Shown here: piece after piece, positions 1 to 13,900 of the stretch
How the letters are laid out: the number at the start of each line of letters is the position of its first letter
Numbering within the stretch: the stretch's first letter is position 1
DNA from: Azolla caroliniana
Lineage: Eukaryota > Plantae > Polypodiophyta
Direction: 5' to 3'
Assembly (NCBI GenBank): GCA_043228905.1
Contig: JBHGNT010000021.1
Location: forward strand, 1-64,000
DNA length: 64,000 nt
Made by a program: the position numbers and the translations under genes
The notes under the pieces: generated by a model
Databases searched by the model: none
What the model saw: only the letters and a program-made list of their open reading frames with translations
What the model was told of the DNA's origin: nothing

Positions 1-1665
1 AAATTTGCTAATTTCGTCATGTCTCTCGACCTGAGTTTCAAAATCTTGATTTTTTAATTCTATATCATAGCTAGCATTGTTAGCTTCGATTCGCATGTTT
101 GAACACAAAAATCCGATATCACACTCGCTAGGTATGACCATTTTAATTTACTCAAGGGCTCCTCTCAACTCACTCCTCAAATTTGCTAATTTCGTCATGT
201 CTCTCGACCTTAGTTTTAAAATCTTGATTTGTTAATTCCATATTATTGCTAGCGTTGTTAGCTTCGATTCGCATGTTTGTACACAAAAATCCGATATCAC
301 ACGAGCTAGGTATGAACATTTTTATTTACTCAAGGGCTCCTCTCAACTCCCTCGTCAAGGTTGCTAATTTCGTCATGTCTCTCGACCTGAGTTTCAAAAT
401 CTTGATTTTTTAATTCCATATCATAGCTAGCGTTGTTAGCTTCGATTCGCATGTTTGAACACAAAAAACCGATATCACACGAGCCAGGTATGAACATTGT
501 AATTTACCTAATAGCTCTTCTTAACTCGCTCCTCAAATTTGGTAATTTCGTCATGTCTCTCGACCTGAGTTTCAAAATCTTGATTTTTTAATTCCATATC
601 ATAGCTAGCGTTGTTAGCTTCGATTCGCATGTTTGAACACAAAAATCCGATATCACACTCGCTAGGTATGAACATTTTAATTCACTCAAGGGCTCCTCTC
701 AACTCACTCCTCAAAATTTGCTAATTTCGTCATGTCTCTCGACCTGAGTTTCAAAATCTTGAGTTTTTAATTCCATATCATAGCTAGCGTTGTTAGCTTC
801 GATTCGCATGTTTGTACACAAAAATCCGATATCACACTCGCTAGGTATGACCATTTTAATTTACTCAAGGGCTCCTCTCAACTCACTCCTCAAATTTGCT
901 AATTTCGTCATGTCTCTCGACCTGAGTTTCAAAATCTTGATTTTTTAATTCTATATCATAGCTAGCATTGTTAGCTTCGATTCGCATGTTTGAACACAAA
1001 AATCCGATATCACACTCGCTAGGTATGACCATTTTAATTTACTCAAGGGCTCCTCTCAACTCACTCCTCAAATTTGCTAATTTCGTCATGTCTCTCGACC
1101 TTAGTTTTAAAATCTTGATTTGTTAATTCCATATTATTGCTAGCGTTGTTAGCTTCGATTCGCATGTTTGTACACAAAAATCCGATATCACACGAGCTAG
1201 GTATGAACATTTTTATTTACTCAAGGGCTCCTCTCAACTCCCTCGTCAAGGTTGCTAATTTCGTCATGTCTCTCGACCTGAGTTTCAAAATCTTGATTTT
1301 TTAATTCCATATCATAGCTAGCGTTGTTAGCTTCGATTCGCATGTTTGAACACAGAAAACCGATATCACACGAGCCAGGTATGAACATTGTAATTTACCT
1401 AATAGCTCTTCTTAACTCGCTCCTTAAATTTGGTAATTTCGTCATGTCTCTCGACCTGAGTTTCAAAATCTTGATTTTTTAATTCCATATCATAGCTAGC
1501 GTTGTTAGCTTCGATTCGCATGTTTGAACACAAAAATCCGATATCACACTCGCTAGGTATGAACATTTTAATTCACTCAAGGGCTCCTCTCAACTCACTC
1601 CTCAAAATATGCTAATTTCGTCATGTCTCTCGACCTGAGTTTCAAAATCTTGATTTCTTAATTCC
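1..1665 (+). repeat. 5-monomer higher-order repeat, period 891 bp, about 2 copies (may begin upstream of the window)
   Basis: Private variants pair at +891: TATATCATAGCTAGCATT 61/952, TATTATTGC 241/1132, +1 A in TCAAAAT 711/1602. Confidence 0.85.
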
Positions 1666-1715
1666 ATATCATAGCTAGCGTTGTTAGCTTCGATTCGCAT
1701 GTTTGAACACAAAAA

Positions 1716-4700
1716 TCCGATATCACACTCGCTAGGTATGACCATTTTAATTTACTCAAGGGCTCCTCTCAACTCACTCCTCAAATTTGCTAATTTCGTC
1801 ATGACTCTCGACCTGAGTTTCAAAATCTTGATTTTTCAGTTCCATATCATAGCTAGCGTTGTTAGCTTCGATTCGCATGTTTGTACACAAAAATCCGATA
1901 TCACACTCGCTAGGTATGACCATTTTAATTTACTCAAGGGCTCCTCTCAACTCACTCCTCAAATTTGCTAATTTCGTCATGTCTCTCGACCTGAGTTTCG
2001 AAATCTTGATTTCTTAATTCCATATCATAGCTAGCGTTGTTAGCTTCGATTCGCATGTTTGAACACAAAAATCCGATATCACACGAGCCAGGTATGAACA
2101 TTGTAATTTACCTAATAGCTCTTCTTAACTCGCTCCTCAAATTTGGTAATTTCGTAATGTCTCTCGACCTGAGTTTCAAAATCTTAATTTTTTAACTCCA
2201 TATCATAGCTAGCGTTGTTAGCTTCGATTCGCATGTTTGTACACAAAAATCCGATATCACACTCGCTAGGTATGAACATTTTAATTTACTCAAGGGCCCC
2301 TCTCAACTCCCTCCTCGAATTTGCTAATTTCGTCATGTCTCTCGACCGGAGTTTCAAAATCTTGATTTTTTAATTCCATATCATAGCTAGCGTTGTTAGC
2401 TTCGATTCGCATGTTTGTACACAAAAATCCGATATCACACTCGCTAGGTATGACCATTTTAATTTACTCAAGAGCTCCTCTCAACTCACTCCTCAAATTT
2501 GGTAATTTCGTCATGTCTCTCGACCTGAGTTTCAAAATCTTGTTTTTTTCAATTCTATATCATAGCTAGCGTTGTTAGCTTCGATTCGCATGTTTGAACA
2601 CAAAAAACCGATATCACACGAGCCAGGTATGAACATTGTAATTTACCTAATAGCTCTTCTTAACTCGCTCCTCAAATTTGGTAATTTCGTCATGTTTCTC
2701 GACCTGAGTTTCAAAATCTTGATTTTGTAATGCCATATCATAGCTAGCGTTGTTAGCTTCGATTCGCATGTTTGAACACAAAAATCCGATATCACACGAA
2801 CAAGGTATGAACATTGTAATTTACCTACTAGCTCTTCCCAACTCCCTCCTCAAATTTGGAAATTTCGTCATGTCTCTCGACTTGAGTTTCAAAATCTTGA
2901 TTTTTTAATTCCATATCATAGCTAGCGTTGTTAGCTTCGATTCGCATGTTTGTACACAAAATTCCGATATCACACTCGCTAGGTATGACCATTTTAATTT
3001 ACTCAAGGGCTCCTCTCAACTCACTCCTCAAATTTGCTAATTTCGTCATGTCTCTCGACCTGAGTTTCAAAATTTTGATTTTTTAATTCCATATCATAGC
3101 TAGCGTTGTTAGCTTCGATTCGCATGTTTGAACACAAAAATCCGATATCACACGAGGTAGGTATGAACATTTTTATTTACTCAAGGGCTCCTCTCAACTT
3201 CCTCGTCAAGGTTGCTAATTTCGTCATGTCTCTCGACCTGAGTTTCAAAATCTTGATTTTTTAATTCCATATCATAGCTAGCGTTGCTAGCTTCGATTCG
3301 CATGTTTGAACACAAAAATCCGATATCACGCTCGCTAGGTATGAACATTTTCATTTACTCAAGGGCTCCTCTCAACTCACTCCTCAAATTTGCTAATTTC
3401 GTCATGTCTCTCGACCTGAGTTTCAAAATCTTGATTTTTCAATTCCATATCATAGCTAGCGTTGTCAGCTTCGATTCGCATGTTTGAACACAAAAATCCG
3501 ATATCACACGAGCCAGGTATGAACATTTTAATTCACTCACGCGCTCTTCCAACCTCACTCCTCATATTTGGTAATTTCTTCATGTCTCTCGACCTGAGTT
3601 TCAAAATCTTGATTTTTTAATTCCATATCATTGCTAGCGTTGTTAGCTTCGATTCGCATGTTTGTACACAAAAATCCGATATCACACTCGCTAGGTATGA
3701 ACATTTTAATTTACTCAAGGGCTCCTCTCAACTCACTCCTCAAATTTGCTAATTTTGTCATGTCTCTCGACCTGAGTTTCAAAATCTTGATTTTTTAATT
3801 CCATATCATAGCTAGCGTTGTTAGCTTCGATTCGCATGTTTGTACACAAAAATCCGATATCACACTCGCTAGGTATGACCATTTTAATTTACTCAAGGGC
3901 TCCTCTCAACTCACTCCTCAAATTTGCTAATTTCGTCATGTCTCTCGACCTGAGTTTCAAAATCTTGATTTTTTAATTCCATATCATAGCTAGCGTTGTT
4001 AACTTCGATTCGCATGTTTGTACACAAAATTCCGATATCACACTCGCTAGGTATGAACATTTTAATTTACTCAAGGGCTCCTCTCAACTCACTCCTCAAA
4101 GTTGGTAATTTCGTCATGTCTCTCGACCTGAGTTTCAAAATCTTGATTTTTTAATTCCATATCATAGCTAGTGTTGTTAGCTTCGATGCGCATGTTTGAA
4201 CACAAAAATCCGATATCACACGAGCCAGGTATGAACATTTTAATTCACTCACGCGCTCTTCCTAACTCCCTCCTCAAATTTGGAAATTTCGTCATGTCTC
4301 TCGACCTGAGTTTCAAAATCTTGATTTTTTAATTCCATATCATAGCTAGCGTTGTTAGCTTCGATTCGCATGTTTGTACACAAAATTCCGATATCACACT
4401 CGCTAGGTATGACCATTTTAATTTACTCAAGGGCTCCTCTCAACTCACTCCTCAAATTTGCTAATTTCGTCATGACTCTCGACCTGAGTTTCAAAATCTT
4501 GATTTTTCAGTTCCATATCATAGCTAGCGTTGTTAGCTTCGATTCGCATGTTTGTACACAAAAATCCGATATCACACTCGCTAGGTATGACCATTTTAAT
4601 TTACTCAAGGGCTCCTCTCAACTCACTCCTCAAATTTGCTAATTTCGTCATGTCTCTCGACCTGAGTTTCGAAATCTTGATTTCTTAATTCCATATCATA

Positions 4701-7139
4701 GCTAGCGTTGTTAGCTTCGATTCGCATGTTTGAACACAAAAATCCGATATCACACGAGCCAGGTATGAACATTGTAATTTACCTAATAGCTCTTCTTAAC
4801 TCGCTCCTCAAATTTGGTAATTTCGTAATGTCTCTCGACCTGAGTTTCAAAATCTTAATTTTTTAACTCCATATCATAGCTAGCGTTGTTAGCTTCGATT
4901 CGCATGTTTGTACACAAAAATCCGATATCACACTCGCTAGGTATGAACATTTTAATTTACTCAAGGGCCCCTCTCAACTCCCTCCTCGAATTTGCTAATT
5001 TCGTCATGTCTCTCGACCGGAGTTTCAAAATCTTGATTTTTTAATTCCATATCATAGCTAGCGTTGTTAGCTTCGATTCGCATGTTTGTACACAAAAATC
5101 CGATATCACACTCGCTAGGTATGACCATTTTAATTTACTCAAGAGCTCCTCTCAACTCACTCCTCAAATTTGGTAATTTCGTCATGTCTCTCGACCTGAG
5201 TTTCAAAATCTTGTTTTTTTCAATTCTATATCATAGCTAGCGTTGTTAGCTTCGATTCGCATGTTTGAACACAAAAAACCGATATCACACGAGCCAGGTA
5301 TGAACATTGTAATTTACCTAATAGCTCTTCTTAACTCGCTCCTCAAATTTGGTAATTTCGTCATGTTTCTCGACCTGAGTTTCAAAATCTTGATTTTGTA
5401 ATGCCATATCATAGCTAGCGTTGTTAGCTTCGATTCGCATGTTTGAACACAAAAATCCGATATCACACGAACAAGGTATGAACATTGTAATTTACCTACT
5501 AGCTCTTCCCAACTCCCTCCTCAAATTTGGAAATTTCGTCATGTCTCTCGACTTGAGTTTCAAAATCTTGATTTTTTAATTCCATATCATAGCTAGCGTT
5601 GTTAGCTTCGATTCGCATGTTTGTACACAAAATTCCGATATCACACTCGCTAGGTATGACCATTTTAATTTACTCAAGGGCTCCTCTCAACTCACTCCTC
5701 AAATTTGCTAATTTCGTCATGTCTCTCGACCTGAGTTTCAAAATTTTGATTTTTTAATTCCATATCATAGCTAGCGTTGTTAGCTTCGATTCGCATGTTT
5801 GAACACAAAAATCCGATATCACACGAGGTAGGTATGAACATTTTTATTTACTCAAGGGCTCCTCTCAACTTCCTCGTCAAGGTTGCTAATTTCGTCATGT
5901 CTCTCGACCTGAGTTTCAAAATCTTGATTTTTTAATTCCATATCATAGCTAGCGTTGCTAGCTTCGATTCGCATGTTTGAACACAAAAATCCGATATCAC
6001 GCTCGCTAGGTATGAACATTTTCATTTACTCAAGGGCTCCTCTCAACTCACTCCTCAAATTTGCTAATTTCGTCATGTCTCTCGACCTGAGTTTCAAAAT
6101 CTTGATTTTTCAATTCCATATCATAGCTAGCGTTGTCAGCTTCGATTCGCATGTTTGAACACAAAAATCCGATATCACACGAGCCAGGTATGAACATTTT
6201 AATTCACTCACGCGCTCTTCCAACCTCACTCCTCATATTTGGTAATTTCTTCATGTCTCTCGACCTGAGTTTCAAAATCTTGATTTTTTAATTCCATATC
6301 ATTGCTAGCGTTGTTAGCTTCGATTCGCATGTTTGTACACAAAAATCCGATATCACACTCGCTAGGTATGAACATTTTAATTTACTCAAGGGCTCCTCTC
6401 AACTCACTCCTCAAATTTGCTAATTTTGTCATGTCTCTCGACCTGAGTTTCAAAATCTTGATTTTTTAATTCCATATCATAGCTAGCGTTGTTAGCTTCG
6501 ATTCGCATGTTTGTACACAAAAATCCGATATCACACTCGCTAGGTATGACCATTTTAATTTACTCAAGGGCTCCTCTCAACTCACTCCTCAAATTTGCTA
6601 ATTTCGTCATGTCTCTCGACCTGAGTTTCAAAATCTTGATTTTTTAATTCCATATCATAGCTAGCGTTGTTAACTTCGATTCGCATGTTTGTACACAAAA
6701 TTCCGATATCACACTCGCTAGGTATGAACATTTTAATTTACTCAAGGGCTCCTCTCAACTCACTCCTCAAAGTTGGTAATTTCGTCATGTCTCTCGACCT
6801 GAGTTTCAAAATCTTGATTTTTTAATTCCATATCATAGCTAGTGTTGTTAGCTTCGATGCGCATGTTTGAACACAAAAATCCGATATCACACGAGCCAGG
6901 TATGAACATTTTAATTCACTCACGCGCTCTTCCTAACTCCCTCCTCAAATTTGGAAATTTCGTCATGTCTCTCGACCTGAGTTTCAAAATCTTGATTTTT
7001 TAATTCCATATCATAGCTAGCGTTGTTAGCTTCGATTCGCATGTTTGTACACAAAATTCCGATATCACACTCGCTAGGTATGACCATTTTAATTTACTCA
7101 AGGGCTCCTCTCAACTCACTCCTCAAATTTGCTAATTTC
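1716..7139 (+). repeat. 15-monomer higher-order repeat, period 2671 bp, 2 near-identical tandem copies
   Basis: ORF pairs 1681/4352 and 3284/5955 differ by 2671 (15x178+1). Shared variants include the +1 T tract at ~2541/5212, GACCGGAG and GATGCGCATG. Confidence 0.92.
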
Positions 7140-10100
7140 TTCATGTCTCTCGACCTGAGTTTCAAAATCTTGATTTCTTAATTCCATATCATAGCTAGCG
7201 TTGTTAGCTTCGATTCGCATGTTTGAACACAAAAATCCGATATCACACGAGCCAGGTATGAACATTTTAATTCACTCACGCGCCCTTCCAACCTCACTCC
7301 TCAAATTTGGTAATTTCTTCATGTCTCTCGACCTGAGTTTCAAAATCTTGATTTTTTAATTCCATATCATAGCTAGCGTTGTTAGCTTCGATTCGCATGT
7401 TTGTACACAAAAATCCGATATCACACTCGCTAGGTATGACCATTTTAATTTACTCAAGGGCTCCTCTCAACTCACTCCTCAAACTTGCTAATTTCGTCAT
7501 GACTCTCGACCTGAGTTTCAAAATCTTAATTTTTCAGTTCCATATCATAGCTAGCGTTGTTAGCTTCGATTCGCATGTTTGTACACAAAAATCCGATATC
7601 ACACTCGCTAGGTATGACCATTTTAATTTACTCAAGGGCTCCTCTCAACTCACTCCTCAAATTTGCTAATTTCGTCATGTCTCTCGACCTGAGTTTCAAA
7701 ATCTTGATTTCTTAATTCCATATCATAGCTAGCGTTGTTAGCTTCGATTCGCATGTTTGAACACAAAAATCCGATATCACACGAGCCAGGTATGAACATT
7801 TTAATTCACTCACACGCTCTTCCAACGTCACTCCTCAAATTTGGTAATTTCATCATGTCTCTCGACTGGAGTTTCAAAATCTTGATTTTGTAATTCAATA
7901 TCATAGCTAGCGTTGTTAGCTTCGATTCGCAGGTTTGAACACAAGAATCCGATATCACACGAGCCAGGTATGAACATTTTAATTCACTCACGCGCTCTTC
8001 CAACCTCACTCCTCAAATTTGGTAAGTTCGTCATGTCTCTCGCCTGGAGTTTCAAAATCTTGATTTTGTAATTCCATATCATACCTAGTGTTGTTAGCTT
8101 CGATTCGCAGGTTTGAACACAAAAATCCGATATCACACGAGGCAGGTATGCACATTTTAATTCACTCACGCGCTCTTCCAACCTCACTCCTCAAATTTGG
8201 TAATTTCTTCATGTCTCTCGACCTGAGTTTCAAAATCTTGATTTTTTAATTCCATATCATAGCTAGCGTTGTTAGCTTCGATTCGCATGTTTGTACACAA
8301 AAATCCGATATCACACTCGCTAGGTATGACCATTTTAATTTACTCAAGGGCTCCTCTCAACTCACTCCTCAAATTTGCTAATTTCGTCATGTCTCTCGAC
8401 CTGAGTTGCAAAATCTTGATTTTTTAATTCCATATCATAGCTAGCGTTGTTAGCTTCGATTCCCATGTTTGAACACAAAAATCTGATATCACACTCGCTA
8501 GGTATGACCATTTTAATTTACTCAAGGGCTCCTCTCAACTCACTCCTCAAATTTGCTAATTTCGTCATGTCTCTCGACCTTAGTTTTAAAATCTTGATTT
8601 TTTAATTCCATATCATAGCTAGCGTTCTTAGCTTCGATTCGCATGTTTGAACACAAAAATCCGATATAACACGAGCTAGGTATGAACATTTTTATTTACT
8701 GAAGGGCTCCTCTCAACTTCCTCGTCAAGGTTGCTAATTTCGTCATGTCTATCGACCTGAGTTTCAAAATCTTGATTTTTTAATTCCATATCATAGCTAG
8801 CGTTGTTAGCTTCGATTCGCATGTTTGAACACAAAAATGCGATATCACACGAGCCAGGTATGAACATTTTAATTCACTCACGCGCTCTTCCAACCTCACT
8901 CCTCAAATTTGCTAATTTCGTCATGTCTCTCGACCTGAGTTTCAAAATCTTGATTTTTTAATTGCATATCATAGCTAGCGTTGTTAGCTTCGATTCGCAT
9001 GTTTGAACACAAAAATCCGATATCACACGAGCCAGTCATGAACATTTTAATTCACTCACGCGCTCTTCCAACCTCACTCCTCAAATTTTGTAATTTCATC
9101 ATGTCTCTCGACCTGAGTTTCAAAATCTTGATTTTTTAATTCCATATCATAGCTAGCGTTGTTAGCTTCGATTCGCATGTTTGTACACAAAATTCCGATA
9201 TCACACTCGCTAGGTATGACCATTTTAATTTACTCAAGGGCTCCTCTCAACTCACTCCTCAAATTTGCTAATTTCGTCATGTCTCTCGACCTGAGTTTCA
9301 AAATTTTGATTTTTTAATTCCATATCATAGCAAGCGTTGTTAGCTTCGATTCGCATGTTTGAACACAAAAATCCGATATCACACGAGGTAGGTATGAACA
9401 TTTTTATTTACTCAAGGGCTCCTCTCAACTTCCTCGTCAAGGTTGCTAATTTCGTCATGTCTCTCGACCTGAGTTTCAAAATCTTGATTTTTTAATTCCA
9501 TATCATAGCTAGCGTTGCTAGCTTCGATTCGCATGTTTGAACACAAAAATCCGATATCACGCTCGCTAGGTATGAACATTTTAATTTACTCAAGGGCTCC
9601 TCTCAACTCACTCCTCAAATTTGCTAATTTCGTCATGTCTCTCGACCTGAGTTTCAAAATCTTGATTTTTCAATTCCATATCATAGCTAGCGTTGTCCGC
9701 TTCGATTCGCATGTTTGAACACAAAAATCCGATATCACACGAGCCAGGTATGAACATTTTAATTCACTCACGCGCTCTTCCAACCTCACTCCTCATATTT
9801 GCTAATTTCGTCATGTCTCTCGACCTGAGTTTCAAAATCTTGATTTTTCAATTCCATATCATAGCTAGCGTTGTTAGCTTCGATTCGCATGTTTGTCCAC
9901 AAAAATCCGATATCACACTCGCTAGGTATGACCATTTTAATTTACTCAAGGGCTCCTCTCAACTCACTCCTCAAATTTGCTAATTTCGTCATGTCTCTCG
10001 ACCTGAGTTTCAAAATTTTGATTTTTTAATTCCATATCATAGCAAGCGTTGTTAGCTTCGATTCGCATGTTTGAACACAAAAATCCGATATCACACGAGC

Positions 10101-10979
10101 TAGGTATGAACATTTTTATTTACTCAAGGGCTCCTCTCAACTTCCTCGTCAAGGTTGCTAATTTCGTCATGTCTCTCGACCTGAGTTGCAAAATCTTGAT
10201 TTTTTAATTCCATATCATAGCTAGCGTTGTTAGCTCGATTCGCATGTTTGAACACAAAAATCCGATATCACGCTCGCTAGGTATGAACATTTTAATTTAC
10301 TCAAGGGCCCCTCTCAACTCCCTCCTCAAATTTGGTAATTTCGTCATGTCTCTCGACCTGAGTTTCAAAATCTTGATTTTTTAATTCCATATCATAGCTA
10401 GCGTTGTTAGCTTCGATTCGCATGTTTGTACACAAAAATCCGTTATCACACTCGCTATGTATGAACATTTTAATTTACTCAAGGGCTCCTCTCAACTCAC
10501 TCCTCAAATTTGGTAATTTCGTCATGTCTCTCGACCTGAGTTTCGAAATCTTGATTTTTCAATTCCATATCATAGCTAGCGTTGTTAGCTTCGATTCGCA
10601 TGTTTGAACACAAAAATCCGATATGACACGAGCCAGGTATGAACATTTTAATTCACTCACGCGCTCTTCCAACCTCACTCCTCAAATTTGGTAATTTCAT
10701 CATGTCTCTCGACTGGAGTTTCAAAATCTTGATTTTGTAATTCCATATCATAGCTAGCGTTGTTAGCTTCGATTCGCATGTGTGAACACAAAAATCCGAT
10801 ATCACACGAGCCAGGTATGAACATTTTAATTAAGTCACGCGCTCTTCCAACCTCACTCCTCAAATTTGGTAATTTCATCATGTCTCTCGACTGGAGTTTC
10901 AAAATCTTGATTTTGTAATTCCATATCATAGCTAGGGTTGTTAGCTTCGATTCGCATGTTTGAACACAAAAATCCGATA

Positions 10980-13900
10980 TCACGCTCGCTAGGTATAAAC
11001 ATTTTAATTTAGTCAAGGGCTCCTCTCAACTCACTCCTCAAATTTGCTAATTTCGTCATGCCTCTCGACCTGATTTTCAAAATCTTGATTTTTTAATTCC
11101 ATATCATAGCTAGCGTTGTTAGCTTCGATTCGCATGTTTGTACACAAAATTCCGATATCACACGAGCCAGGTATCAACATTGTAATTTACCTAATAGCTC
11201 TTCTTAACTCCCTCCTCAAATTTGGAAATTTCGTCATGTCTCTCGACCTGAATTACAAAAACTTGATTTTTTAATTCCATATCATAGCTAGCGTTGTTAG
11301 CTTCTATTCGCATGTTTGAACACAAAAATCCGATATCACACTCGCTAGGTATGACCATTTTAATTTACTCAAGGGCTCCTCTCAACTCACTCCTCAAAGT
11401 TGGTAATTTCGTCATGTCTCTCGACCTGAGTTTCAAAATCTTGATTTTTTAAGACCATATCATAGCTAGCGTTGTTAGCTTCGATTCCAATGTTTGAACA
11501 CAAAAATCCGATATCACACGAGCCAGGTATCAACATTGTAATTTACCTAATAGCTCTTCTTAACTCCCTCCTCAAATTTGGAAATTTCGTCATGTCTCTC
11601 GACCTGAATTACAAAAACTTGATTTTTTAATTCCATATCATAGCTAGCGTTGTTAGCTTCTATTCGCATGTTTGAACACAAAAATCCGATATCACGCTCG
11701 CTAGGTATGAACATTTTAATTTAGTCAAGGGCTCCTCTCAACTCACTCCTCAAATTTGCTAATTTCGTCATGCCTCTCGACCTGATTTTCAAAATCTTGA
11801 TTTTTTAATTCCATATCATAGCTAGCGTTGTTAGCTTCGATTCGCATGTTTGAACACAAAAATCCGATATCACACGAGCTAGGTATAACCATTTTAATTT
11901 ACTCAAGGGATCCTCTAAACTCACTCGTCAAGGTTGCTAATTTCGTCATGTCTCTCGACCTTAGTTTCAAAATCTTAATTTTTTAATTCCATATCATAGC
12001 TAGCATTGTTAGCTTCGATTCGCATGTTTGTACACAAAAATCCGATATCACACGAGCTAGGTATGACCATTTTAATTTACTCAAGGGCTCCTCTCAACTC
12101 ACTCCTCAAATTTGCTAATTTCATCATGTCTCTCGACTGGAGTTTCAAAATCTTGATTTTGTAATTCCATATCATAGCTAGTGTTGTTAGCTTCGATTCG
12201 CATGTTTGAACACAGAAATCCGATATCACAAGAACCAGGTATGAACATTGTAATTTACCTACTAGCGCTTCTTAACTCCCTCCTCAAATTTGGAAATTTC
12301 GTCATGTCTCTCGACCTGAATTACAAAAACTTGATTTTTTAATTCCATATCATAGCTAGCGTTGTTAGCTTCTATTCGCATGTTTGAACACAAAAATCCG
12401 ATATCACGCTCGCTAGGTATGAACATTTTAATTTAGTCAAGGGCTCCTCTCAACTCACTCCTCAAATTTGCTAATTTCGTCATGCCTCTCGACCTGATTT
12501 TCAAAATCTTGATTTTTTAATTCCATATCATAGCTAGCGTTGTTAGCTTCGATTCGCATGTTTGAACACAAAAATCCGATATCACACGAGCTAGGTATAA
12601 CCATTTTAATTTACTCAAGGGATCCTCTAAACTCACTCGTCAAGGTTGCTAATTTCGTCATGTCTCTCGACCTTAGTTTCAAAATCTTAATTTTTTAATT
12701 CCATATCATAGCTAGCATTGTTAGCTTCGATTCGCATGTTTGTCCACAAAAATCCGATCTCACACTCGCTAGGTATGACCATTTTAATTTACTCAAGGGC
12801 TCCTCTCAACTCACTCCTCAAATTTGGTAATTTCATCATGTCTCTCGACTGGAGTTTCAAAATCTTGATTTTGTAATTCCATATCATAGCTAGTGTTGTT
12901 AGCTTCGATTCGCATGTTTGAACACAGAAATCCGATATCACAAGAACCAGGTATGAACATTGTAATTTACCTACTAGCGCTTCTTAACTCCCTCCTCAAA
13001 TTTGGAAATTTCGTCATGTCTCTCGACCTGAATTACAAAAACTTGATTTTTTAATTCCATATCATAGCTAGCGTTGTTAGCTTCTATTCGCATGTTTGAA
13101 CACAAAAATCCGATATCACGCTCGCTAGGTATGAACAATTTAATTTAGTCAAGGGCTCCTCTCAACTCACTCCTCAAATTTGCTAATTTCGTCATGCCTC
13201 TCGACCTGATTTTCAAAATCTTGATTTTTTAATTCCATATCATAGCTAGCGTTGTTAGCTTCGATTCGCATGTTTGAACACAAAAATCCGATATCACACG
13301 AGCTAGGTATAACCATTTTAATTTACTCAAGGGATCCTCTAAACTCACTCGTCAAGGTTGCTAATTTCGTCATGTCTCTCGACCTTAGTTTCAAAATCTT
13401 AATTTTTTAATTCCATATCATAGCTAGCATTGTTAGCTTCGATTCGCATGTTTGTACACAAAAATCCGATATCACACGAGCTAGGTATGACCATTTTAAT
13501 TTACTCAAGGGCTCCTCTCAACTCACTCCTCAAATTTGGTAATTTCATCATGTCTCTCGACTGGAGTTTCAAAATCTTGATTTTGTAATTCCATATCATA
13601 GCTAGTGTTGTTAGCTTCGATTCGCATGTTTGAACACAGAAATCCGATATCACAAGAACCAGGTATGAACATTGTAATTTACCTACTAGCTCTTCTTAAC
13701 TCCCTCCTCAAATTTGGAAATTTCGTCATGTCTCTCGACCTGAATTACAAAAACTTGATTTTTCAATTCCATATCACAGCTAGCGTTGTTAGCTTCGATT
13801 CGCATGTTTGTACACAAAAATCCGATATCACACTCGCTAGGTATGACCATTTTAATTTACTCAAGGGCTCCTCTCAACTCACTCCTCAAATTTGCTAATT

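Noticed and set aside
1-178. Arabidopsis CEN178 or primate alpha satellite
   Set aside because: Only the length is similar; I recognise no sequence similarity to either consensus. This needs an alignment to be definitive.
1-178. 5S rRNA, tRNA or snRNA tandem gene array
   Set aside because: No recognisable 5S sequence, cloverleaf or internal A/B/C boxes, and the monomer is AT-rich and tolerates large indels.
121-310. CTCG/CGAG polymorphism as a hairpin-mediated micro-inversion
   Set aside because: The alleles are reverse complements, but there is no flanking stem beyond 1 bp, so it cannot be told apart from a dinucleotide substitution.
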